Virus record (IMG/VR): IMGVR_UViG_3300025881_001243
Location: 3,257-67,256 of that record
From: a virus
Length of the DNA stretch: 64,000 nt
Strand: one strand, 5' to 3'
Within the stretch, counting starts at the first letter, position 1. Each line of letters begins with the position of its first letter. The position numbers and the translations under genes were made by a program. Below the pieces are notes generated by a model. The model was not told the origin of the DNA. It searched no databases and saw only the letters and a list, made by a program, of their open reading frames with translations. Below are positions 20,024 to 29,346 of the stretch, piece after piece.

Positions 20024-21043
20024 ATGGCATATTTAACATATGATGATATCCAATTAGTACCAGCATTTTCGGGTATTAAATCAAGACAATCAATTGATCT
20101 CACAACAAACCTTTCTAAAAATTATAAAATTAGTATACCTATCGTAGGATCTCCTATGGATACTGTTTGTGAAAGTGAAATGGCATTTAAGCTTTATCAG
20201 TTAGGTGGTGTTGGTTGTATTCACAGATTTAATAAAATTATAGAGCAGTATACTGAAATTCAAAAACTCTGTGAAAAGATAAGTGCTACAGGTAAATGGT
20301 CTGCCGCTATTCCTATTATGGCTGCGATAGGAGTTCAGGAGGATGATAAGAAAAGAGCTAAGAATTTAATTAAAGCAGGTGCTAATGTACTCTTAATTGA
20401 TGTTGCACACGGTGATCACCAAAATGTTATAGATATGACAAAATGGTGTAAAGATAATTTACCTAGCCATGTAGATATTATTGCAGGTAATATTGCAACA
20501 GCAGAGGCAGCCGAACGATTACAAGATGCAGGTGCAGATGGTTTGCGAGTAGGTATTGGTGGTGGATCATTATGTACTACAAGAATTAAAACTGGATTTG
20601 GTGTACCTAATGTTACTTGTCTTGAGGAAATATCTAAAGTTGCAACAGTTCCTATTATGGCAGATGGTGGAATTAGAAGCAGTGGAGATATTGCAAAAGC
20701 ATTAGCAGTCGGTGCTGATAATGTAATGTTAGGTTCTCTCCTCGCTGGTACTTTAGAATCACCGGGTCAGATGGTTGAAAAAAGTAATGCTCTTTATAAA
20801 AGATATAGAGGATCTGCTTCTTTAGAAACTAAAACTACTCATGGCCAAGCACAAAGAAACGTAGAAGGAGAATCCACAATTATTCCATTTAAAGGTGGTG
20901 TCAAATATATAATTAAAGGTTTAACTGATGGTGTAAGATCTGCTTTATCATATGCAGGAGCTAAAGAAATAAAATCATTTTTTCCTGAATATGTACAAGT
21001 TACTAACGCTGGACAAAATGAAGCAAAACCACATTTATTATGA
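20024..21043 (+). CDS. guaB: IMP dehydrogenase / GMP reductase family protein (no CBS domains)
   Basis: SPMDTV, IDVAHG, GIGGGSLCTTR, ADGGIR..GDIAKAL, YRGSAS motifs; GuaB versus GuaC not resolved. Confidence 0.75.
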   Translation: MAYLTYDDIQLVPAFSGIKSRQSIDLTTNLSKNYKISIPIVGSPMDTVCESEMAFKLYQLGGVGCIHRFNKIIEQYTEIQKLCEKISATGKWSAAIPIMAAIGVQEDDKKRAKNLIKAGANVLLIDVAHGDHQNVIDMTKWCKDNLPSHVDIIAGNIATAEAAERLQDAGADGLRVGIGGGSLCTTRIKTGFGVPNVTCLEEISKVATVPIMADGGIRSSGDIAKALAVGADNVMLGSLLAGTLESPGQMVEKSNALYKRYRGSASLETKTTHGQAQRNVEGESTIIPFKGGVKYIIKGLTDGVRSALSYAGAKEIKSFFPEYVQVTNAGQNEAKPHLL

Positions 21044-21249
21044 AAAACTTTTTAAATAACAAATATGTAAGATTGGTTTTTAGTATATCAATTATAGGAT
21101 CTGCTATACCTTCTATCTATGAAGATTTTACCTATGGTCATCAGGGAACTTGGACCCATTATGGAATGGCTCTTGTAGGAATTTTATATTTTATTGAATC
21201 ATTACTTTGGACTTTAGACTTATGGACAGACAACTCAAAAAAGAATTAG
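21040..21249 (+). CDS. small two-TM membrane protein
   Basis: Two hydrophobic segments; overlaps the upstream stop (ATGA). Confidence 0.6.
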   Translation: MKNFLNNKYVRLVFSISIIGSAIPSIYEDFTYGHQGTWTHYGMALVGILYFIESLLWTLDLWTDNSKKN

Positions 21250-21599
21250 AAACCTTTGAAGATTTAATTTTCGATGGAAAGGAAATAAACACAGATGACT
21301 TTTATCTATTAAAGAAAAAGCTTTTAAAGAAAGAGGAATTAGAATTACTTGAAATTCATTTATTGTTAGAAGCAATGTTAGATAAAAGAAATGATAAGTT
21401 AATGAATAGGAGATTGAACATTCTTACTATTTGGTCAACTATATTTTTACCTCTCTCATTTTACACTGGGTTATGGGGAATGAACTTTGATGACGTACCT
21501 TTAATATCAGATGATAACGGGTTTTGGGTATTCTCTGCATTAACAGGAGTAACAGTTTTAGGAATGTGGTTATATTTTAAAAAGAATAAATGGATTTAG
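21222..21599 (+). CDS. truncated CorA-like Mg2+ transporter (C-terminal TM part only)
   Basis: LTIWSTIFLPLSFYTGLWGMNF..P CorA signature, basic C-terminus KKNKWI. Confidence 0.75.
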   Translation: MDRQLKKELETFEDLIFDGKEINTDDFYLLKKKLLKKEELELLEIHLLLEAMLDKRNDKLMNRRLNILTIWSTIFLPLSFYTGLWGMNFDDVPLISDDNGFWVFSALTGVTVLGMWLYFKKNKWI

Positions 21600-22600
21600 A
21601 TAAAGATTTTACAATAGACGAAAGATACCAGGAGCTTTTACAAACTATTTTAGATTTTGGTAAAGATAAAAAAGATAGAACAGGTACAGGTACAAAATCA
21701 ATTTTCGGATATACTATCAGATGGGATATGTCACAAGGGTTTCCTTTGTTAACTACAAAGAGAATGCCAATGAAAACAATTGCTACTGAACTAAAGTGGT
21801 TCTTAAAAGGAGATACCAACATTAAGTACCTCGTTGATAATAATTGTAATATTTGGAATGGTGATGCTTATAAACGATATGCAGATATTGAATGCAATCC
21901 ACCTCATGACCATTCGTTATCACAAAAAGAGTTTGTTGATAAAATTAAAACCGATGATGGGTTTGCAAAAGTATGGGGAGAACTGGGCCCTATCTATGGA
22001 AAGCAGTGGAGAGATTGGGATGAAATTGGTGAAGATCAAATTATAAATTTAATTAATGATCTTAAAACAAACCCAGACAGTAGAAGATTAATGGTTAATG
22101 CATGGAATGTTGGTGAGTTAGATCAAATGACTTTACCTCCGTGCCATTACGGTTTTCAAATATACACTAAAGAGTTAAGCTTCCATGAAAGATGGGCTTT
22201 ATATTCTGATAAACCATACGACGGTAACGGTTTAGGTATGATAAATACTTTAGACTTTATGGATGATAACGAAATACCAACTAGGTCAATTTCTTTAATG
22301 TGGAATCAAAGATCTGTTGATACATTCTTAGGTCTTCCGTTTAACATTGCAAGTTATGCATTACTTTTAAAAATCATCGCACATGAGGTAAATATGGTAC
22401 CTGATCAATTAATTGGAAATCTAGGAGATGTACATTTATATAAAAATCATATAGAACAAGCAAAGGAACAACTCGAAAGGGATCCAATTATGCTACCTGA
22501 ACTTAATATAGTTGCATCTGATATTTTAAGTGGTGAATTTGCATACGAACTTTTAGATTACGAAAGTCATAAATCTATTAAAGCACCTTTAAGCAATTAA
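21590..22600 (+). CDS. thyA: thymidylate synthase
   Basis: DRTGTGT, FPLLTTK, ELKWFL, LGPIYGKQWR, LPPCH, QRSVD.FLGLPFNIASY, H.YKNH motifs. Confidence 0.95.
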   Translation: MDLDKDFTIDERYQELLQTILDFGKDKKDRTGTGTKSIFGYTIRWDMSQGFPLLTTKRMPMKTIATELKWFLKGDTNIKYLVDNNCNIWNGDAYKRYADIECNPPHDHSLSQKEFVDKIKTDDGFAKVWGELGPIYGKQWRDWDEIGEDQIINLINDLKTNPDSRRLMVNAWNVGELDQMTLPPCHYGFQIYTKELSFHERWALYSDKPYDGNGLGMINTLDFMDDNEIPTRSISLMWNQRSVDTFLGLPFNIASYALLLKIIAHEVNMVPDQLIGNLGDVHLYKNHIEQAKEQLERDPIMLPELNIVASDILSGEFAYELLDYESHKSIKAPLSN

Positions 22601-22603
22601 CAT

Positions 22604-22717
22604 ATGAAATGGTATAAAAAATATAATTGGACTTTTATCATAGGATGGGTAGTAATATTAAGCATAAGCTTATGTCTTTGGGTATGGATTTATAGAATGT
22701 TTAAATTATTATTCTAA
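22604..22717 (+). CDS. small membrane peptide (37 aa)
   Basis: MKWYKKYNWTFIIGWVVILSISLCLWVWIYRMFKLLF. Confidence 0.45.
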   Translation: MKWYKKYNWTFIIGWVVILSISLCLWVWIYRMFKLLF

Positions 22718-22770
22718 TTATGCTTTCATTTTATAATTATTTTTGTTATATTTTTTTAAAATAAAACAAT

Positions 22771-23736
22771 ATGGAAACCAATCTAGGATACTGTTGTATC
22801 AATCTAAATCTTCGTAACAAACCTATTACAGTCAATCGAACCTGTAGAAAGATTACCTTTCAACAAAAAGGTATGAATCATGTTAGTGGCTTGGCATTAC
22901 AGAATATCAGAGATCTTATTGAGATTATCAAATGGAATGACAAGAACGGTTTCAAGGTATACCGCATGTCATCAGATATGTTTCCTTGGATGTCAGAATA
23001 CGAGCTCAAAGATTTGCCAGATTTTCAAAAGATATCTACACTTCTAAAAGGTGCAGGTACACTGGCTCAAAAATATGGCCAGAGATTATCATTTCACCCA
23101 GGCCCTTTCAATGTACTAGGTTCCCCTAATCCTGTATTGGTTCAAAAAACACAAAAAGAACTAAACCAAACAGCAGAGATCATGGATCTTATGGGTCTTC
23201 CACAATCTCACTTCTATCCTATCAATATCCACTGTAATGGTGTATACGGTGACAAGATGGCTACTATGGGTAGATGGGCATCTAATTATCTCAATCTATC
23301 TAAATCTGCTCAAGCCAGGTTGGTTGTAGAGAATGATGACAAAGGGAGTATGTATTCTGTACAAGATCTATATGACGGTATATTTTCGGCAGTAAAGGTT
23401 CCTATTACATTCGATTTTCATCATCACCGTTTTCAACCAGGTGGCCTATCAGAGCAAGAGGCGTTTGAATTGGCAATGAGTACCTGGCATCATCATAACA
23501 TAAAACCATTATTTCACTATTCGTCATGTCGTCGTACATTCGAGGATCCTAAATGTAAAGCACAAGCTCATGCTGACTTTGTATACGAAAAGATCAATGA
23601 TTACGGCCATGCAGTAGATATCGAGGTAGAAGCAAAAGGTAAAGAAGTTGCTGTACTCAAATACAGAGAAGAACATAATACATTATTGGAAAATTATTTA
23701 CCTTTTGATAGGCAAGAGGAATTAGAATTAATTTAA
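22771..23736 (+). CDS. uvsE: UV DNA damage endonuclease
   Basis: LGYCCIN, YRMSSDMFPW, RLSFHPG.F, INIH, VENDD, FDFHHH, AHAD, EAKGKE motifs. Confidence 0.92.
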   Translation: METNLGYCCINLNLRNKPITVNRTCRKITFQQKGMNHVSGLALQNIRDLIEIIKWNDKNGFKVYRMSSDMFPWMSEYELKDLPDFQKISTLLKGAGTLAQKYGQRLSFHPGPFNVLGSPNPVLVQKTQKELNQTAEIMDLMGLPQSHFYPINIHCNGVYGDKMATMGRWASNYLNLSKSAQARLVVENDDKGSMYSVQDLYDGIFSAVKVPITFDFHHHRFQPGGLSEQEAFELAMSTWHHHNIKPLFHYSSCRRTFEDPKCKAQAHADFVYEKINDYGHAVDIEVEAKGKEVAVLKYREEHNTLLENYLPFDRQEELELI

Positions 23737-23744
23737 AAAAAACT

Positions 23745-24041
23745 ATGATTGAGGTTATTAAAACAAAAGCAATGAAGAGTACTACAAAAGTAGAAGGTCT
23801 TCTTGTACAAATGAATGATAAACAGTGGTATGCAATAACTCGTATGATGCCGCCAAGACACGGATGGTATCTTAGATGCTCACCATCAAATTCAACCGGT
23901 AAATTAAGCTTTGGTGATGAGATTTATATGTATCCCACTGGTAAAAATAAAGCAGAATTTCAAGAAGGTATTGATGAATTATTAGACATTCTTAATAATA
24001 ATAAAGCTGGGAGAATAGAAAATCCTAATTATAATAGATAA
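23745..24041 (+). CDS. hypothetical protein
   Basis: ORF in operon. Confidence 0.6.
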   Translation: MIEVIKTKAMKSTTKVEGLLVQMNDKQWYAITRMMPPRHGWYLRCSPSNSTGKLSFGDEIYMYPTGKNKAEFQEGIDELLDILNNNKAGRIENPNYNR

Positions 24042-24047
24042 CAAAAT

Positions 24048-24740
24048 ATGATAGCAGTAACTATAGGAGTAGGTGATGAGTTCGAAAAATTTGCAAAATG
24101 GAGTGCAAGAAAGGTTGAGAAACACTTAGGTCTTAAAACTTACGTATTAGGCGAACAATTTCTTCAATACGCAAATTCTCCTGGTTGGGAAATGGATATG
24201 GCACAAAAGTCTTCGTGTATTAAATTTTTACTGTTTAAGATTTTTCCTAATGCCGATAGGATTATGTATTTTGATGCTGATTGGCGACCAGTTAGAGATT
24301 TTAATATTTATGATTATGTTCCTGATGAAAATAACCTTTATTTTTGTAGAGATGATGATCCTGAAAAATTAGGTGAAAAATATGGTTTAGGAAAGGATAG
24401 ATACTTTAATGCAGGCTGGTTTGTTGCTTCTAGGAAACACGCATCTTTATTTGAAGAATGTCATAAAAGATTCGATCAATTTGAAACTACTTGGTTTGAT
24501 CAATGCATAATGAACCAAGTATTTAATGATAAGGTAACATTTGCAGATCCTAGATTAAATAAAAAAATATCAATGAGAAAGTTAAAAGACGGGCCATCTG
24601 GTGATTGGGCTACTGTTGAAAGTTTAACTAATGATTGGGTAGATTATGCAGGGGTAGAAAGAAAGGATATGCTAACATTACATCACGGTGTAAATCATCA
24701 AGTTTATAAAAAAGAAATACAAGATTGGACATGGGAATAA
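24048..24740 (+). CDS. GT8-like glycosyltransferase
   Basis: IMYFDAD, YFNAG, DQCIMN motifs. Confidence 0.75.
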   Translation: MIAVTIGVGDEFEKFAKWSARKVEKHLGLKTYVLGEQFLQYANSPGWEMDMAQKSSCIKFLLFKIFPNADRIMYFDADWRPVRDFNIYDYVPDENNLYFCRDDDPEKLGEKYGLGKDRYFNAGWFVASRKHASLFEECHKRFDQFETTWFDQCIMNQVFNDKVTFADPRLNKKISMRKLKDGPSGDWATVESLTNDWVDYAGVERKDMLTLHHGVNHQVYKKEIQDWTWE

Positions 24741-26074
24741 AATCAAAAGAATTAATTGCAATACCTGCTTTAGGTTTATCTATAAATAACGGAAACTTTG
24801 ATGAAGTTAAAGACTTCATTGAAAGCATAGATTATCCTGTTGATAATGTTATTATTATGAATAGTAACAACGAAGATGAATCTAGTAATAATTTAAGATT
24901 TAAATCTAAAAACCCTTCACCTTATGTTTTAAATGTAGAGGTTATTAATACAAAGGGTAATACATGGAATCTTATTACTGAAGCACTTCCTACTAAACCT
25001 TATTGGGTAATATGTAATCCTCGTGTTTTACTCAAACCTGGTCTTTTATGCAAAATATCAGAGTCATCAAAACTAACATTACCATTGAATGATGATTCTT
25101 ATCACTGGGACAATTTCACAGACTTAGATCATTTTCTAAAAAATCCTCGTAAAGAATCTGATTATTTTGTAATAACTAAAAACGGTGTACAAAATAAAAT
25201 AAAAGAATGGGCTGATAATTTTAGGTCAAGAGTGTTGGTTACAGGTGGTGCTGGTTTTATAGGTAGTAATTTAATTAAATCTCTTTTAGATAAAGGCTAC
25301 ATAGTATCTTCAATTGATAATTATGACAGTGGATCCGAGTCTAATCATGTTGAGGGTTGTACTTATTATAAAGGTGATATAGTAACATGGATAGAAAGTA
25401 ATATGGAAGATTTTGAGATCTGTTTTCATTTAGCAGGCCTTAGTCGTATTCAACCATCTTTTTCTAATCCAGATGAAACTTTTAGGGTAAATACAATAGG
25501 AACACAAAAAGTATTAGAATTTACTAAAAAGAATAATATGAAGTTAATATATGCAGGCTCTTCATCTAGGTGGCATAACCCATATCAATCTCCTTATGCA
25601 ACATCCAAGTATTTAGGTGAAGAGTTATGTAAAATGTATAGAAAAACATATGACTTACACATAGAGATAGCCAGATTTTATAATGTATATGGTCCTGGCG
25701 AAATAGTAGATGGGGATTGGGCAGCAGTAACCGGTATTTGGAGAAGGCAAGTAAGAGATGGTGAGAAAATCACAATTGTGGGTGATGGTAATCAAAGACG
25801 AGATTTTACCTTTGTTGGTGACATCGTAGATGGTTTAATTAAAATCCTAGAATCAGGCGAAAGGCATAATGATGCGTGGGAATTCGGAACAGGTATGAAT
25901 TATTCTATAAATGATGTTTATGAAATGTTTAAGAGAAAATTCGGAGTAGGTAAAATTCATTTACCTGATCAACCTGGTAATTATAGAGAAACTTTAAGAG
26001 AAAATGATGACTCTTTAGATAGATTAGGGTGGTTACCTACAGATAAACTTAGTAATTATATCAAAAACTTATAA
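24731..26074 (+). CDS. NAD-dependent epimerase/dehydratase with an extra N-terminal domain
   Basis: VLVTGGAGFIGS, YATSK (YxxxK), RFYNVYGP, GDGNQRRDFTFV motifs. Confidence 0.85.
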   Translation: MGIKSKELIAIPALGLSINNGNFDEVKDFIESIDYPVDNVIIMNSNNEDESSNNLRFKSKNPSPYVLNVEVINTKGNTWNLITEALPTKPYWVICNPRVLLKPGLLCKISESSKLTLPLNDDSYHWDNFTDLDHFLKNPRKESDYFVITKNGVQNKIKEWADNFRSRVLVTGGAGFIGSNLIKSLLDKGYIVSSIDNYDSGSESNHVEGCTYYKGDIVTWIESNMEDFEICFHLAGLSRIQPSFSNPDETFRVNTIGTQKVLEFTKKNNMKLIYAGSSSRWHNPYQSPYATSKYLGEELCKMYRKTYDLHIEIARFYNVYGPGEIVDGDWAAVTGIWRRQVRDGEKITIVGDGNQRRDFTFVGDIVDGLIKILESGERHNDAWEFGTGMNYSINDVYEMFKRKFGVGKIHLPDQPGNYRETLRENDDSLDRLGWLPTDKLSNYIKNL

Positions 26075-26151
26075 TTGTTAATAACTTTCTCATTTTTAGA
26101 GAAAAAAGTTGTGAAATAATTTTCAATTCCCAATTATTTTGATTATATTTA
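26075..26151 (+). promoter_or_regulatory. repeated ~75 bp putative early promoter element, copy 1 of 8
   Basis: TTGTTAATAACTT...GAGAAAAA...TTTTCAATTCCCAA...TATATTTA; further copies at 27010, 27777, ~39081 (degenerate), 39798, 40113, 41251 and 58070. Confidence 0.8.
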
Positions 26152-26187
26152 TAATATATTAATTCAAACTATATTAAAACAATCAAA

Positions 26188-26589
26188 ATGGTAAAAACGG
26201 AAATCACAACATTTAACAAGGCTAATCTACAAGTCCTAAGAACTGAAATCGACAACGCTCTTAAAGCTGTAGAAAATAAATTTGGAATCAAATTACATGC
26301 AGGTAATGCATCATTCTCTGGAAATGAGGTAACCTTTAAACTAAAAGGAAATACTATCAGTGAAGGCGGAGAAGCAATTACTAAAGAAGCAATTGATTGG
26401 AACCGTCATAAAGGATTACATGGCATGGATCATTTATCTGTAGGTGATCAAATTACAATCCAAGGTAAATCATATACTCTTACAGGATTTAATACAAGAG
26501 CAAGAAAAGCTCCGGTTAATTTTAAAGATTCTTTAGGAAGAGGTTACAAATGTTCTATGAGAATGTTACAAATGGAAAACTCTAAATAA
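26188..26589 (+). CDS. hypothetical protein behind the repeated promoter element
   Basis: ORF directly downstream of the promoter repeat. Confidence 0.7.
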   Translation: MVKTEITTFNKANLQVLRTEIDNALKAVENKFGIKLHAGNASFSGNEVTFKLKGNTISEGGEAITKEAIDWNRHKGLHGMDHLSVGDQITIQGKSYTLTGFNTRARKAPVNFKDSLGRGYKCSMRMLQMENSK

Positions 26590-26590
26590 T

Positions 26591-26851
26591 ATGAAAGATC
26601 TAAAATACATACCAAAAGACTACCTACAAGACTTCCTTGTGGGTATGTCTAACTACGATACTGAAACTCTCTTAACGGATTTAAGCGTCTGTGAACTCTT
26701 GGATGGTAAAGTACCTGAGGATCATAATCCTGATGTACCTCCATATCAAGCAGCTGAAGCATTCTTGGTTCTTTTTACAGAAAGGGAAGAATATGAACTG
26801 TGCACAATGCTATTAAAAAAATGGCCTAAGCTTAAAAATAAGGAAGTATGA
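26591..26851 (+). CDS. small protein with UVR-like motif
   Basis: FTEREEYELC..L. Confidence 0.5.
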   Translation: MKDLKYIPKDYLQDFLVGMSNYDTETLLTDLSVCELLDGKVPEDHNPDVPPYQAAEAFLVLFTEREEYELCTMLLKKWPKLKNKEV

Positions 26852-27006
26852 TCTTAGAATTCTTTGGCATACTATTTATTTTACTTTTAAGCTTTGTATT
26901 CCACATGGTTGTTTATGAAGATGATTGGGTTAAAGAATGGTACTGGAAAGTATTAATCGGTGGCGGTATCCTAACTGTAGTATTTTTTGCAATAATGGGT
27001 TATTGA
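26848..27006 (+). CDS. small two-TM protein (52 aa)
   Basis: ATGA overlap; hydrophobic; not in the ORF track. Confidence 0.5.
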   Translation: MILEFFGILFILLLSFVFHMVVYEDDWVKEWYWKVLIGGGILTVVFFAIMGY

Positions 27007-27009
27007 AAA

Positions 27010-27087
27010 TTGTTAATAACTTTTTTCATTTTTAGAGAAAAAAGTCTACGAAAAATTTTTATTTCCCAATTATTTTGATTATATTTA
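27010..27087 (+). promoter_or_regulatory. putative early promoter element, copy 2
   Basis: Close match to the 26075 element. Confidence 0.8.
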
Positions 27088-27115
27088 ATTATATTAATAA
27101 TTAAAAAACGGAAAT

Positions 27116-27541
27116 ATGGAAACATTACAAAACAAGGAAATCGTACTAAAGGACACTGAAATCATGACAGTAGACATACTGTCGCAATACCCAAGTGGTA
27201 AATTCAGATTCATAACAAGGACTAAATTAGGTATGACTTGTGTAGATGCAAGAGACTTTGATAATCCAAGGTTATCTGCTCACCCAGAATCAATCATTAG
27301 CGGTTACAAAAAAGGAGCATTGCAAACCGTACAATTTCAACCAGAAGGATCTGACTTCTATTTAACAGTATTCTCAAGGACTGGTAAAAAAGTAAAGTTA
27401 ATTGACGAAAGCATCTTAGCTGACTTAACAGTAGGAACTATTAACAGTATGTATTACAATACTAATCTGTATAGTCAAGATCAATATCAATCAGTTAACT
27501 CTAAAACATGGGCGAGTAAAGCATTCGTCCTTAACTCATAA
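27116..27541 (+). CDS. hypothetical putative early protein
   Basis: AAAAACGGAAAT directly before the ATG. Confidence 0.7.
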   Translation: METLQNKEIVLKDTEIMTVDILSQYPSGKFRFITRTKLGMTCVDARDFDNPRLSAHPESIISGYKKGALQTVQFQPEGSDFYLTVFSRTGKKVKLIDESILADLTVGTINSMYYNTNLYSQDQYQSVNSKTWASKAFVLNS

Positions 27542-27553
27542 AAAACGGAAATT

Positions 27554-27775
27554 ATGTCAACCGAATTAAAAACACTTAAAGGAAAATTTCACAGTTCTAA
27601 AACTGGTAAATTGGAAAACACTGAATTGTCATTGACAAGATTCAGCGGAGGAAAGGAAGGTATGAAACTTCAATTAACATTGAGAGATCAAGGAGACTTC
27701 TTCACTCACATTGCTCTTAACAAGGAAGAGCTCAAAACTTTAGTTAAAGAAATCCAAGAAAATTTTGATATCTAA
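27554..27775 (+). CDS. hypothetical putative early protein
   Basis: AAAAACGGAAATT directly before the ATG. Confidence 0.7.
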   Translation: MSTELKTLKGKFHSSKTGKLENTELSLTRFSGGKEGMKLQLTLRDQGDFFTHIALNKEELKTLVKEIQENFDI

Positions 27776-27776
27776 A

Positions 27777-27843
27777 TTGTTAATAACTTTTTGAAAATAA
27801 CTGCTTAGAAATTTTCAAATCCCAACAATTTTGATTATATTTA
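27777..27843 (+). promoter_or_regulatory. putative early promoter element, copy 3
   Basis: TTGTTAATAACTT...TTTTCAAATCCCAA...TATATTTA. Confidence 0.8.
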
Positions 27844-27875
27844 TATTATATAAAAACAATTAAAAAACGGAAATT

Positions 27876-28184
27876 ATGGCTACAATTACAATTCACGCAC
27901 AGTACTACGAAAATTACTCTGACACGGCAACTCCTCACTGGAAACCTAAAGGCGGTCAGGTATTTGAAATTGAAAATATCTTAGGTGATATGATCATGTA
28001 TGCGGATGATCTGAAAGAGGTACTTACAAACCTTGTTGCTGCAAAAAGCAATGAACACTTCAAGTATGAATACCGAGAGCATGATGTTGACTTCATCGGT
28101 AAAGATTTATCAATCACAGCTGAAATGCTGACAACAGAAATTAGAAATCAATTTAATAAAGAAGAGAACTATGAACTTTCATAA
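27876..28184 (+). CDS. hypothetical putative early protein
   Basis: AQYYENY...WKPKGG; AAAAACGGAAATT before the ATG. Confidence 0.7.
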   Translation: MATITIHAQYYENYSDTATPHWKPKGGQVFEIENILGDMIMYADDLKEVLTNLVAAKSNEHFKYEYREHDVDFIGKDLSITAEMLTTEIRNQFNKEENYELS

Positions 28185-28530
28185 CATTATATTTAAAAGA
28201 GAAGATGGGTTAGGTGGATTCAGATCTACTACACATTTTCAAAACGGACTAAAGTTATCAGTATCTGCTGGTATGGGTGTATACTGTACTCCTAGAGAAG
28301 ACCTCTCTAGTATAAATCAATTCTTATCATTTGAGATCGGTATTTTTGATTCAGATGGAGAATGGGTAACTAAAGAATTCTTTCCTGATCATAACGATGA
28401 TGTTGTAGGATGGTTAAGCAGAGATGAGATTAATGACTTAATGGACAGAATCGCAAATCACGGTAAGCCACAAAAAGACATACCAGGATTTGAAGGTACT
28501 TTGGATCAACTTAATAATCTTAAGATATGA
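28171..28530 (+). CDS. hypothetical phage protein
   Basis: Overlapping ORF in operon. Confidence 0.65.
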   Translation: MNFHNIIFKREDGLGGFRSTTHFQNGLKLSVSAGMGVYCTPREDLSSINQFLSFEIGIFDSDGEWVTKEFFPDHNDDVVGWLSRDEINDLMDRIANHGKPQKDIPGFEGTLDQLNNLKI

Positions 28531-28760
28531 TGAGTGAAGATAAAAGATATGTAGTAACAATGGATATGTATGTCTATGCAAAGGATGACTATACTGCTCG
28601 TAAGAAAGCACATAAGATGAAAGATGCATTTGACAAAGATAATCGTAGACCGGCAATTACCGAAATTGGTGAACAACCATTTGCTACATTAACTTATAGA
28701 AAACTATCCGATCACTCTGAACCTTTTGAAGAATCTAAAACTGAAGACTTACCTTTTTAA
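28527..28760 (+). CDS. hypothetical protein ending in EDLPF (SSB-tail-like)
   Basis: Acidic C-terminus TEDLPF. Confidence 0.6.
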   Translation: MMSEDKRYVVTMDMYVYAKDDYTARKKAHKMKDAFDKDNRRPAITEIGEQPFATLTYRKLSDHSEPFEESKTEDLPF

Positions 28761-28761
28761 T

Positions 28762-29055
28762 ATGCCAAAGAAGTATAAAATAGTATCTCATATGGGAATT
28801 GCCTTTGCAAATATTGGTGGGCAAAAATACTTATTTCCTGGATGGATCCCAGTAGAAGATCACATTTCTTTTGATGATGTTGAAGTTACAAATCCTTATG
28901 ATAACATAAAAAAGGAAATATTTCAAGTTACAGGCTCAACTGGGAATAAATATACTGTTACTAAAAATGGTAACCGATTAAGTTGTGACTGTCCTGCAGG
29001 TAAATTTAGAGGAACATGTAAACATTCTAAACAAATTGCTGCAGAATTGGCATAG
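28762..29055 (+). CDS. SWIM zinc-finger protein
   Basis: GSTGNKYTV...CDCP...CKH motif. Confidence 0.8.
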   Translation: MPKKYKIVSHMGIAFANIGGQKYLFPGWIPVEDHISFDDVEVTNPYDNIKKEIFQVTGSTGNKYTVTKNGNRLSCDCPAGKFRGTCKHSKQIAAELA

Positions 29056-29082
29056 CTTAGTTAAAAATAATTTTAATCAATA

Positions 29083-29274
29083 ATGGAAAAAGTTAAAGAA
29101 ATTTTTGGAAAAGTCGTAAGTTGGATTGACACAAAAGGATTTTCTGCACTAGCATCATTAGGTATCGGTCTAGGTTTGTGGATATTCGGTTATAAGATTT
29201 ATGCAGGAATTGCATTTGGCGTATTCTTAACTAGGAACTGGGACCTCTTAAGAGGTTTAGTAACTAAGAAGTAA
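29083..29274 (+). CDS. small membrane protein
   Basis: Hydrophobic core; followed by a terminator. Confidence 0.6.
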   Translation: MEKVKEIFGKVVSWIDTKGFSALASLGIGLGLWIFGYKIYAGIAFGVFLTRNWDLLRGLVTKK

Positions 29275-29278
29275 ATTT

Positions 29279-29318
29279 AAAAAGGATCTGGGTATTTTAC
29301 CTGGATCCTTTATTTTTT
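29279..29318 (+). terminator. Rho-independent terminator
   Basis: aaaaggatctgggt ... acctggatcctttt followed by a T run. Confidence 0.8.
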
Positions 29319-29346
29319 GTAGAATAAATAATAAAACAAGATAAAC

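Noticed and set aside
21590-22600. Intron or intein in thyA
   Set aside because: The ORF is continuous, the extra segments are short loops, and there are no intein terminal motifs
26075-27843. Repeated elements as a CRISPR array or integron attC sites
   Set aside because: They are separated by whole genes, are not palindromic, and sit at promoter distance from starts
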